Shown here piece after piece: positions 1 through 10,018 of a stretch of DNA of 32,000 nt. Numbering within the stretch: position 1 is the stretch's first letter; every line of letters begins with the position of its first letter. Where the stretch lies: positions 1-32,000 of the forward strand of contig CAIQRS010000027.1 of NCBI GenBank assembly GCA_903874275.1, in the 5' to 3' direction. The notes under the pieces are model-generated. The model was not told where the DNA came from and made no database searches. It was given only the letters and a program-made list of their open reading frames with translations. A program made the position numbers and the translations under genes. Source of the DNA: an uncultured Anaeromyxobacter sp. Its GTDB lineage: Bacteria; Myxococcota; Myxococcia; Myxococcales; Anaeromyxobacteraceae.

Positions 1-1259
1 CCGGCGTGGAAGCCCAGGTCGCCGGTGTCGAGCCACCCTTCGCGCAGCGCGAGCGCGGTGGCGGCGGCGTCGCCCAGGTAGCCCTGCATGAGCGAGGGGC
101 CGCGCACGTGGATGCGGCCGGGGCGCCGCTCCGGGAGCGCGACCCCGTCCTCCCCGCGCACCTCCACTTCCACTCCGGGTATGGGCAGGCCCACCGAGAC
201 CGCACCACCCTCGACGCGTGGCGGCCGCCCGGGCGGGGAGAAGGTCACGGCCAGCGCCGCCTCGGAGAGCCCGTAGACCGGCATGAGGGCCCCGGGATCG
301 AGCCCCACGGGGGCGAAGCGCTCGGCGAAGCGCAGCAGCGCGCCGGTGGTGACCGGCTCGGCGCCGTCGAGGGCGATGCGCCAGGAGGCGAGCGAGAGTC
401 CGGCCAGGTCCGCGTCCTGCACCCGGTCGGCGGCGAAGGCGTAGGCGAAGTGGGGCGCCGCCGAGATGGTCCCGCGGTGGCGGGCCACCGCGCGCAGCCA
501 GAGGGCCGGACGGGCCAGGAAGTGCTCGGGCGGGATGAGCACCAGCGGCCCCGGGTAGGAGACCGCGCCGAGCAGGCAGCCGATGAGCCCCATGTCGTGG
601 TAGAGCGGCAGCCAGGAGACCAGCACGTCCCCTGCCGTCGGTTTCACGAGGACCACGAGTGAATCGACCTGGGCCACCAGGGCGGCGTGGCAGAGGGCCA
701 CCGGCTTGGGATCCACCGTCGATCCGGAGGAGAACTGGACCAGCGCCAGGTCGCCGCCGGCGCGGGGCACCGAGGCCAGCGGGCCTTCGCCGAGGGTTGA
801 CGCGTCCACCACCCCGAGATCCAGCCCGGGCCCGGCCGCGGCCACGGCCCGGCCGATGACCCTGGCCACGCCCCCCGAGGTGATCAGCGCCCGCGCCCCC
901 GACACCCGCAGCATGCGCGCGGTGGCCTCGACGTACTCGTCCATCCGCCCGAGCCGCACCGGCGGGTAGAGGGGGACCGGCACCGCCCCGGCGTGCAGCG
1001 CGCCGAAGAAGGCGTCGAGGAAGGCGGGCTCGGTGCGGAGCACGATGGCCACCCGGTCGCCTTCGCGGACGCCGCGGGCGATGAGCACCCCGGCTGCGCG
1101 GCGGGCCCGTGCGTCCACCTCGGCCCAGGAGAGGCGGGTCTCCTCCTCGCGCAGCCCCACGAAGGTCACGCCGGAGGGGTGGCGGGCCGCCGCCGAGAGC
1201 ATCGCGGCCACGCCCTGGTGGCGCGGGACGGGCGCGGGAGGGCCCCGCAGCCGGTTCAC
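1..1259 (-). CDS. Fatty acyl-AMP ligase (FAAL) / AMP-dependent synthetase; N-terminal ~419 codons, 3' end beyond window start
   Basis: Open minus-strand frame from GTG 1259-1257 to the window edge. It is absent from the ORF track because it has no stop inside the window. My translation gives LVQFSSGST (AMP-binding core), SWLPLYHDMGLIG (FAAL-typical) and REGWLDTGDLGFHA at nt 59-3 (GW.TGD core). The GTG overlaps the ACP stop (GTGA). ATG 1202 is an alternative start. Confidence 0.85.
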   Translation of the reverse strand, partial: MNRLRGPPAPVPRHQGVAAMLSAAARHPSGVTFVGLREEETRLSWAEVDARARRAAGVLIARGVREGDRVAIVLRTEPAFLDAFFGALHAGAVPVPLYPPVRLGRMDEYVEATARMLRVSGARALITSGGVARVIGRAVAAAGPGLDLGVVDASTLGEGPLASVPRAGGDLALVQFSSGSTVDPKPVALCHAALVAQVDSLVVLVKPTAGDVLVSWLPLYHDMGLIGCLLGAVSYPGPLVLIPPEHFLARPALWLRAVARHRGTISAAPHFAYAFAADRVQDADLAGLSLASWRIALDGAEPVTTGALLRFAERFAPVGLDPGALMPVYGLSEAALAVTFSPPGRPPRVEGGAVSVGLPIPGVEVEVRGEDGVALPERRPGRIHVRGPSLMQGYLGDAAATALALREGWLDTGDLGFHA

Positions 1260-1528
1260 GGCGCCACCTGCTCCGGGGCGCGCGCGGCGACGATCCGCGC
1301 CAGGTCGGAGAGCGAGCGGGCCTGGGCGGCGTCCTCGTCGGTGAGCAGGATGCGGAAACGGTCCTCGACCGCGACCACGAGCGAGAGCAGCTCCAGCGAG
1401 TCGAGGCGGGAGGCCAGCTCCTCGTCGTCGCCGAACTCGGTCCGCGCGTGCAGCTGCTCCCGGACGATGCGCCGGATCTCCGCGGCCACCTCCTTCTCGC
1501 GCGGGGTCGGGCCGGGCGGCGCGGTCAC
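1256..1528 (-). CDS. Stand-alone acyl carrier protein
   Basis: A 90-aa reading frame forming the C-terminal part of track ORF 1256..1810. GTG 1528-1526 overlaps the upstream stop (GTGA). It carries the phosphopantetheine attachment motif LDSLELLSLVVAVE. Size and acidic helical pattern are typical of carrier proteins. Confidence 0.85.
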   Translation of the reverse strand: MTAPPGPTPREKEVAAEIRRIVREQLHARTEFGDDEELASRLDSLELLSLVVAVEDRFRILLTDEDAAQARSLSDLARIVAARAPEQVAP

Positions 1529-2076
1529 GGGACGAACCTCCCCTTCCCCTGGAAGGCGCGGCTCCATTCCGGGCCGAGCGCCCGCTCCTCCTCGCGGATG
1601 CGGAAGTACAGGATGGCCGCGTTCCCCAGGGTGAACAGGATGGCCAGGCGCCACATGCCCCAGGCCAGCGGCAGGCAGGCCATCTCCACGATCACCGCCA
1701 GGTAGTTGGGGTGGCGCAGGAAGCGGTAGGGGCCGCCGGTGACCGGCTTGGCCTTCGGGAGCACGATGACCCGGGTGCTCCAGCGGTCGCCCAGCGTGCG
1801 AACCGCCCACCAGCGCAGCCCCTGGGCGGCGAAGGCCCCGGCCACGGCGAGGAGGGCCCAGGCGGACGGGGGCTCCCGGTAGGCGATGGCGGTGAGCGCC
1901 AGCACCGGGAGGAAGAGGGCGTGGAAGGCCACCATCACCCGGTAGAGCCGCTGGCCGCTCTCCTTCCCACCGCGGGAGAGCAGGGCACGGGCGTTGCGGC
2001 TCGAGACCGAGAGCTCCGCCCCCCGCTCGGCCGCCACGAGACCGAGGAGCGCCAGGTAGGCCCAGAGTGCGGTCAC
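1525..2076 (-). CDS. ICMT/PEMT-family (isoprenylcysteine carboxyl methyltransferase-like) integral membrane methyltransferase
   Basis: Hydrophobic multi-TM protein of 183 aa with the C-terminal motif GGPYRFLRHPNYLAVIVE...REEERAL typical of ICMT-like enzymes. GTG 2076 lies 13 nt after the PKS stop with GAGGGA upstream. I prefer it to the track start 2151, which would overlap the PKS gene by 62 nt. Confidence 0.8.
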   Translation of the reverse strand: MTALWAYLALLGLVAAERGAELSVSSRNARALLSRGGKESGQRLYRVMVAFHALFLPVLALTAIAYREPPSAWALLAVAGAFAAQGLRWWAVRTLGDRWSTRVIVLPKAKPVTGGPYRFLRHPNYLAVIVEMACLPLAWGMWRLAILFTLGNAAILYFRIREEERALGPEWSRAFQGKGRFVP

Positions 2077-2089
2077 GTGCCGGTCCCTC

Positions 2090-3181
2090 TCACCACCGGA
2101 GGAGTACCATCTCCGCGCAGAATCCGGGCCCCATGGCGACGACCAGCCCAAGATCCCCGGGCCTGGGCTCGCCCGAATCGAGGAGGTCGCCGAGCACGAA
2201 GAGCACCGAGGCCGAGGAGAGGTTTCCCACCTCCTCGAGCGACGTCCAGGAGCGGCGCAGCGCCCCGTCGGGCAGCGCCAGGGCGGACTGGAAGGCCTCG
2301 AGCACCCTGGGCCCCCCGGTGTGGGCGATCCAGTGGCGCACGTCCCCGCGCCCGAGCCCGTGCGACGCCAGGAACCCGTCCACGTCGCCGGCGATGTTCT
2401 CGCGGGTGATGCGGGGGACCTCGGCGGAGAGCACCACCTGGAAGCCGGTGTCGCGGAAGTCCCAGCCCATCACCCACTCGGTGTCGGGGTAGAAGGCGGC
2501 CCGGGTGGCCACCACGCGCGGGCGCGGGGAAGCTTTCACTTCTCGTGAACCCCCGGCCAGGACCACCGCCGCCGCGCCGTCGCCGAAGATCCCCGAGGCC
2601 ACCGCGTTCGCCACCGAGAGGTCGTCGCGCTGCAGGGTGAGCGAGCAGAGCTCCACCGAGAGGAGGACCCCGACCCCTCCCGGAGAGCTGGACATGAGAT
2701 CGGAGAGGCGCGCCAGGCCGGCGGCGCCGGCCACGCAGCCCAGCCCGAAGATGGGAAGCCGCTTCACGTCACGCCGCAACCCGAGCCGGTTCACCAGCTT
2801 GGCGTCGATGGAGGGCGTTGCCAGGCCGGTGACGGTCACGAAGACGAGCTGGTCCACGTCGGCCGGCCGGAGCCCGGCGTCGTCGAGGGCCCGCATCACC
2901 GCCTCGGCGCCCAGCTCCTCGGCCACCCGGATCCAGGCGTCGTTCGACTTCTTGAAGGTGTCGAGGGGCGGGTAGGCGGCGAGCGGCAGGGCGAGGTGGC
3001 GCCCCTTCACCTTGACCGCCCGGTGCAGCTCCTCGAGCCGGTCGGCGTTGAAGTGCTGCGCGGCCCAGTGGGCGCGGAGTGCCGCGGTCAGGGTCTCCTG
3101 GTCGGCGTAGTTCCCGGGGAGGGCGCGACCCATGGAGAGGACCACTGGCCGTGCTTCGCTCGTCCTGGATGGGTCGTTCAC
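2090..3181 (-). CDS. Type III polyketide synthase (chalcone/stilbene synthase superfamily)
   Basis: 363 aa. All three catalytic-triad contexts are present: [11 protein letters not shown] (Cys), [13 protein letters not shown] (His) and [13 protein letters not shown] (Asn). GTG start at 3181. Confidence 0.92.
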   Translation of the reverse strand: MNDPSRTSEARPVVLSMGRALPGNYADQETLTAALRAHWAAQHFNADRLEELHRAVKVKGRHLALPLAAYPPLDTFKKSNDAWIRVAEELGAEAVMRALDDAGLRPADVDQLVFVTVTGLATPSIDAKLVNRLGLRRDVKRLPIFGLGCVAGAAGLARLSDLMSSSPGGVGVLLSVELCSLTLQRDDLSVANAVASGIFGDGAAAVVLAGGSREVKASPRPRVVATRAAFYPDTEWVMGWDFRDTGFQVVLSAEVPRITRENIAGDVDGFLASHGLGRGDVRHWIAHTGGPRVLEAFQSALALPDGALRRSWTSLEEVGNLSSASVLFVLGDLLDSGEPRPGDLGLVVAMGPGFCAEMVLLRW

Positions 3182-3246
3182 CCTCGACCCCTAATGGCCC
3201 GGGACGGCACTTGCCATGCATGCCCGAGGTCTTACGCTTCCGGGAT

Positions 3247-5883
<2,637 letters not shown>

Positions 5884-5936
5884 GGGCGTGGGGAAATGGG
5901 GCGAGCCTCCTCCCACTGCCCCGATTCTCCCCGACC

Positions 5937-5966
5937 CCTGCACGGGTTTCGTGCAGGTACATTTTT
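5937..5966 (+). terminator. Rho-independent terminator-like hairpin downstream of clpB
   Basis: Stem CCTGCACG (5937-5944), loop GGTTT, stem CGTGCAGG (5950-5957), followed by GTACATTTTT with a T-run at 5962-5966. Confidence 0.6.
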
Positions 5967-6199
5967 CAACCTGCTGAAATCATTTGCGTTCCTGGAAATG
6001 GAACTTCGGAACGGGGCTTGCTCCTGGATCCGGAAAACGATTCCCAAGGAGGCCAGGTAGACGCGAGCCCTCTCATAAGACCCAAGACCTTCGGGGCCGG
6101 TGGCGAGAGCCGCCGGCCTCGTCGTTTCCGGCGGAGGCGATTCGAGGGAGAATCCGCGCCACCGTCGGAGGGTTCACCGGAAGGGGCCAGGGAGCGCAC

Positions 6200-6976
6200 A
6201 TGGAATCGGAGAGACCGAAGACCTCGATTCGCCCGCCCAGCGCGGCTCCGCTGGTTCTCGCCGGGCTCGGGGTGGTCGTTGCCGCCGCGGGCGGGCTCTG
6301 GTGGTTCCTCGGTGGGAACCCGCCTCCAACCGCCCCCGGGGCGTCGGCCCCTCCCGCCATCGTGGCTCCTGCCGGTGCGACCGGCCCGGCGGTGGACCCG
6401 GCCCGGCAGCTCTCCCTCCTCGAGGCCGTCTCGGCGAACCCCGTGCTCCGCGGGCTCCTCGTCGCGCCCGACGTGGCGCGCCGCTGGGCGGTGGCCGTCG
6501 AGAACCTGGCCAACGACGTGGTGCCGCGCAAGCAGCTCGAGCGGCTCGCGCCCACCGGCGCCTTCGCGGTGGTGCGCCGGGACGGGAAGGTCTCCATTGA
6601 CCCGCAGTCCTACACCCGCTTCGACGCGGTGGGAGACGCGGTGGCCTCGGTGAACGTGGACGCGTTCGTCATCGCCTACGCCGCGCTGCGCCCGGCGCTG
6701 GAGGCCGCCTACCGCGCCCTCGGCTACCCGGACGGCTCGATCGACAAGGCGGCGGCGCGGGCGCTCCACCGCATCGAGGTCTCCCCGGTCCGCGACGGAG
6801 GGGTCGCGGTGGTGGAGGGAACGGGCGCCACCTGGGCCTTCGCCGATCCGACGCTGGAGGGGCTCGGCGACGTCGAGAAGCAGATCCTGCGGATGGGGCC
6901 GCGCAACGCCCGCATCCTCCAGGCCAAGGCCCGGGAGATCTCCCAGGCGCTGGGAATGGGCGCGCCGGCCAGGTGA
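6200..6976 (+). CDS. Membrane-anchored protein, DUF3014-like
   Basis: ATG 6200 with GGGAG about 6 nt upstream. N-terminal TM helix (LVLAGLGVVVAAAGGLWWF). The C-terminal part has motifs I associate with DUF3014 (VENLANDVVPRK, IDPQSYTRFD, AYRALGYP, FADPTLEGL, QILRMGPRNA). The family call is from memory only. Confidence 0.75.
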   Translation: MESERPKTSIRPPSAAPLVLAGLGVVVAAAGGLWWFLGGNPPPTAPGASAPPAIVAPAGATGPAVDPARQLSLLEAVSANPVLRGLLVAPDVARRWAVAVENLANDVVPRKQLERLAPTGAFAVVRRDGKVSIDPQSYTRFDAVGDAVASVNVDAFVIAYAALRPALEAAYRALGYPDGSIDKAAARALHRIEVSPVRDGGVAVVEGTGATWAFADPTLEGLGDVEKQILRMGPRNARILQAKAREISQALGMGAPAR

Positions 6977-6995
6977 GGGGGGGGCCCCTCCTCAC
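6973..6995. terminator. Bidirectional terminator-like GC hairpin between convergent genes
   Basis: GTGAGGGGGG-GGC-CCCCTCCTCAC forms a 10-bp stem (one G-U pair) with a 3-nt loop. It covers both stop codons: TGA 6974-6976 of the plus-strand gene and TCA 6992-6994 (TGA on the minus strand) of truA. There is no T-run. Confidence 0.5.
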
Positions 6996-7735
6996 TCGTC
7001 GTAGAAGACCCGGTCGAGCACGAGCCCCTGCGGCGGGGCGGTCCTGCCGGCCAGCTTCCGGTCGCGGCTCCGCAGCACGTCGGCCATCGACCCGGCGCTC
7101 CGGGCGCCCAGGCCGACCTCGACCAGCGTCCCCACCACATTTCGCACCATGTGCTTCAGGAAGGCGGTCGCCTCGGCCACCACCTCGATGCGCCCCTCCG
7201 GGCCGTCCTGGACCTCGAGCCGTCGCAGCTCGCGCACCGCGTGTGCGGCGTCGCAGTCGGCGGCCCGGAAGGCTCCGAAGTCGTGGCGGCCCAGGAGCGG
7301 CGCGGCGGCGGCCCGCATGGCGGCGACGTCGAGGGGCCGGAAGACCTGCCAGGCCTGCAGCCTGCCCAGCGGATGGCGCGTGGGGAGGTTCTCGATCCGG
7401 TACCGGTAGCGCTTGCCCCGCGCGTCGCGCCGCGCGTCGAAGGGCGACCCGCGGACCTCGGCCTCGCGAACCGCGATGTCCTCCGGCAGGTGGGCGTTCA
7501 TCCCCTTCACGTAGGCCGGCACCGGAATGGGGCGCTCCACCGCGAAGCTCACCACCTGGCCGAGGGCGTGGACGCCGGAGTCGGTTCGCCCGGCCGCGGT
7601 CACGCGCACCGTCTCCTTGTGGAGGACGGCCAGCGCCCGCTCCACCTCGGCCTGGATCGACGGCCCGTTGGCCTGGAGCTGCCAGCCCACGTAGCGGGTG
7701 CCGTCGTAGGAGAGGACGAGCTTGACCCAGGACAC
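6992..7735 (-). CDS. truA: tRNA pseudouridine(38-40) synthase TruA
   Basis: The C-terminal 247 codons of track ORF 6992..7858, starting at GTG 7735 (VSWVKLVLSYDGTRYVGWQ...). Contains GRTDSGVHALGQV (catalytic Asp motif) and FLKHMVRNVVGTL. Confidence 0.93.
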   Translation of the reverse strand: MSWVKLVLSYDGTRYVGWQLQANGPSIQAEVERALAVLHKETVRVTAAGRTDSGVHALGQVVSFAVERPIPVPAYVKGMNAHLPEDIAVREAEVRGSPFDARRDARGKRYRYRIENLPTRHPLGRLQAWQVFRPLDVAAMRAAAAPLLGRHDFGAFRAADCDAAHAVRELRRLEVQDGPEGRIEVVAEATAFLKHMVRNVVGTLVEVGLGARSAGSMADVLRSRDRKLAGRTAPPQGLVLDRVFYDE

Positions 7736-7766
7736 GGGACGACCGTAGCACGCCGGCGCGGCGGCT

Positions 7767-8924
7767 TCAGGGCCGCAGGGTGAGCGTGAGCCCCAGGGCC
7801 ACGTCGGGGGCGTTGGTGTCGTGGAACCAGGTCGGCCCCAGCCCCGGCACGTGTCCAATGGTGAAGTCCTCCTGGAACCAGAAGGTGACGGGTCCGTAGC
7901 GCACGCCGCCGGTGATCTGGTTCTGGGGCAGGGTCACCGCGGTGAAGGCGCTCGACTGCAGAGTCCACTCCGGGTCCACCTCGACGAAGCCCCAGCCGGC
8001 CTGGAAGGGGGCCGAGGACCAGCGGTCCTCGAGCAGGAGCGACCACCCGCCCAGGAGGACCGCCAGCGAGAGCCCGGCGCTGCCCTGCCAGGTGCGCGGC
8101 TGCAGGGGCAGGTCGCCCGCCATGGGCGACCAGAGCGATCCGGTGACGATGGCGTGCCCGACCAGCCAGGAGGTGGCCTGCCAGGTGCCGAGCAGGCCGA
8201 GCCCGACGTCCCAGCCCCCCGAGCCGCCCATGCGCGGGAGCGACCCGGTGGGGATCTTCACGTCGAGTCGCAGGGAGACCCCGGCCCGCGCCCCCGGCCC
8301 GTCGCGGAGCGGATCCCCGCCCTCCCAGAGGAGCAGCTGGTTGCGCAGCACCACGTCGCCGAAGGCGAAGGTGGCCTGGCGGATGTCCACCGGAGCCGTT
8401 CCCAGGGCGGGGTGGAGCGCCAGGTGGATCTCGTTCGAGGGGAAGGCGGGCCGGGCGAAGTCGTTGTAGGCGAAGACCCGGTGCCAGGCGTCGATGACCG
8501 GGTCGCTCCACCCTCCCCAGTGCACGGTCCCCCGGATCTCGAGCGCGGTCGCGAGCCGTCGCAGGAACGACCCCTCCGGCGACCCCAGGACCACTCCCCA
8601 GGGCACGCGGAGCGAGGCGGTGAGCGAGTCGGCCTGCTCGTCGAGCCGCACCTGCACGACCTGCCCGTCCCGGGTGAGCGTGGTGGGCGTGCTCCAGTCG
8701 TTGGCCATGGCCCATCCCACGTCGAGCCGGAGCGCGGGGACGGCGCGCGCATCCCACTGCACCACGTCGAGGAAGAGGTCGCGGAGCGAGCCCGGGGTGC
8801 GGACGCCGAGCGGCCCCTGATCCGGCGACGCCGCCGCGCTCCCGCAGGCGGCGAGCAGCAGGACGGCGGTCATTCGTCGGACGCGATCGGACAGCGCGGG
8901 ACCTCCCTGGGCAGGCGAGGTCAT
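7767..8924 (-). CDS. Hypothetical envelope lipoprotein, beta-rich (possibly outer-membrane; DUF3187-like is a weak guess)
   Basis: 385-aa ORF with normal coding character. Signal peptide and lipobox RVRRMTAVLLLAAC|GS. The body is rich in Trp, Gly and alternating hydrophobic residues. ATG 8873 is an alternative start. With start 8924, only 17 bp separate it from the divergent polyprenyl synthase gene. Confidence 0.7.
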   Translation of the reverse strand: MTSPAQGGPALSDRVRRMTAVLLLAACGSAAASPDQGPLGVRTPGSLRDLFLDVVQWDARAVPALRLDVGWAMANDWSTPTTLTRDGQVVQVRLDEQADSLTASLRVPWGVVLGSPEGSFLRRLATALEIRGTVHWGGWSDPVIDAWHRVFAYNDFARPAFPSNEIHLALHPALGTAPVDIRQATFAFGDVVLRNQLLLWEGGDPLRDGPGARAGVSLRLDVKIPTGSLPRMGGSGGWDVGLGLLGTWQATSWLVGHAIVTGSLWSPMAGDLPLQPRTWQGSAGLSLAVLLGGWSLLLEDRWSSAPFQAGWGFVEVDPEWTLQSSAFTAVTLPQNQITGGVRYGPVTFWFQEDFTIGHVPGLGPTWFHDTNAPDVALGLTLTLRP

Positions 8925-8941
8925 GCTATATCGCGCCGTCA

Positions 8942-9988
8942 GTGGCGAACGACAACGTGATCCGCGAGCAGCTGGAGGACGCCGCCCGGCGCGGCGCCCG
9001 GCCAGAGAAGGCCCAGGCCGCTCTCGCGCAGGTCCCCCGCCTCTTCGACGAGCTCGGCGCGCTGGAGGTGCAGCTCACCCGGGCCACCGCCGACGCAGAA
9101 GCCACGCTCCAGTCGGCCGCCCGCCACCAGGTGGCGGCCGGGGGCAAGCGCATCCGCCCCACGGTGGCGCTCCTCGCCTGCGGCGCCAGCGGCGGCGAGA
9201 TGTCGGCCGCGGTCCCCTTCGGCGTGGCCGCCGAGCTGACCCACTCCGCCACGCTGCTCCACGACGACGTGATCGACGACGGTCCGCTGCGGCGCGGCAT
9301 GCCCGCCTCGCGCGTCATCTGGGGGAACACCGTCTCGGTGCTGGCCGGCGACTGGCTCCTCACCCGCTCCCTCGAGATCACCGCGGGCCACCCCGCCGCG
9401 GCCCGGGCGCTGCCCGCCCTTCTCGCCACCATGCGACGGCTCGTGGAGGGGGAGGTGAAGCAGCTCTCGCTCCGCGGCGGCTTCCGCGCCACCGAGCAGG
9501 ACTACTTCCAGGTCATCGAGGGCAAGACCGCCTCGCTCTTCGGCTGGGCCTGCGCCGCGGGCGGCTGGGCCGCCGGCCAGGAGGGCGCCATCCCGGCCGC
9601 GCTCTCCCGGTTCGGCGAGGGCATCGGCACCGCCTTCCAGCTGGTGGACGACGCCCTCGACTACGCCGCCGACCCCGAGAAGCTCGGCAAGCGGCTGGGC
9701 GCCGACCTGGTGGAGGGCAAGGCCACGCTGCCCCTCATCCGCGCCCTCCTCGCCGAGCCCGGCCTGCACGCCCGGCTCGCCCCCATCGCCGACGGCGCCG
9801 ATCCCACCGACGAGGTGTGCCTCGAGGTGATCGCCGCGGTGAAGCGCACCGGCGGCGTCGAGGCGGCGCGCGCGCTGGCCCGCGAGCACACCCGGGGAGC
9901 GCTTTCGGCCCTCGAGACATTGCCCGACGGCGTGCACCGACGCGCGCTGGTCGAGGCCGCCGTGATGCTCACCGAACGGGCGTTCTAG
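8942..9988 (+). CDS. Long-chain polyprenyl diphosphate synthase (IspB/HepT-like; probable menaquinone side-chain synthase)
   Basis: 348 aa. Two Asp-rich motifs, LLHDDVIDD and FQLVDDALDY, plus GKRIRP and EGKTASLF contexts typical of trans-prenyltransferases. GTG start; exact start uncertain. Confidence 0.9.
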   Translation: MANDNVIREQLEDAARRGARPEKAQAALAQVPRLFDELGALEVQLTRATADAEATLQSAARHQVAAGGKRIRPTVALLACGASGGEMSAAVPFGVAAELTHSATLLHDDVIDDGPLRRGMPASRVIWGNTVSVLAGDWLLTRSLEITAGHPAAARALPALLATMRRLVEGEVKQLSLRGGFRATEQDYFQVIEGKTASLFGWACAAGGWAAGQEGAIPAALSRFGEGIGTAFQLVDDALDYAADPEKLGKRLGADLVEGKATLPLIRALLAEPGLHARLAPIADGADPTDEVCLEVIAAVKRTGGVEAARALAREHTRGALSALETLPDGVHRRALVEAAVMLTERAF

Positions 9989-10018
9989 CCCCATTCGGGT
10001 CGTGATAGTTTCGGGGGC

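Noticed and set aside
2077-2151. Upstream start (2151) for the ICMT-like methyltransferase
   Set aside because: It would overlap the PKS 3' end by 62 nt and add a non-hydrophobic Trp/Ser/Gly/Arg-rich leader. GTG 2076 follows the PKS stop with an SD-like GAGGGA.
3211-3238. Possible sigma-70-like promoter TTGCCA-N16-TACGCT upstream of clpB (would imply a nearly leaderless mRNA)
   Set aside because: It is a pattern match only. The -10 box would end 8 nt before the ATG. Heat-shock promoters in this lineage need not look like this, so it is not supportable without 5'-end data. Similarly, TTGCTA-N18-TAGGAT before GTG 22401 could equally be just an AGGA ribosome-binding site.
5984-6199. N-terminal extension of the DUF3014-like gene (track start 5984), and an orphan AAGGAGG at 6046-6052
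   Set aside because: The extension is Arg/Gly/Pro-rich, crosses the strong hairpin at 6093-6120, and has no signal or TM logic. ATG 6200 has its own GGGAG and yields a short tail plus a TM helix. AAGGAGG has no ATG, GTG or TTG at a usable distance downstream.
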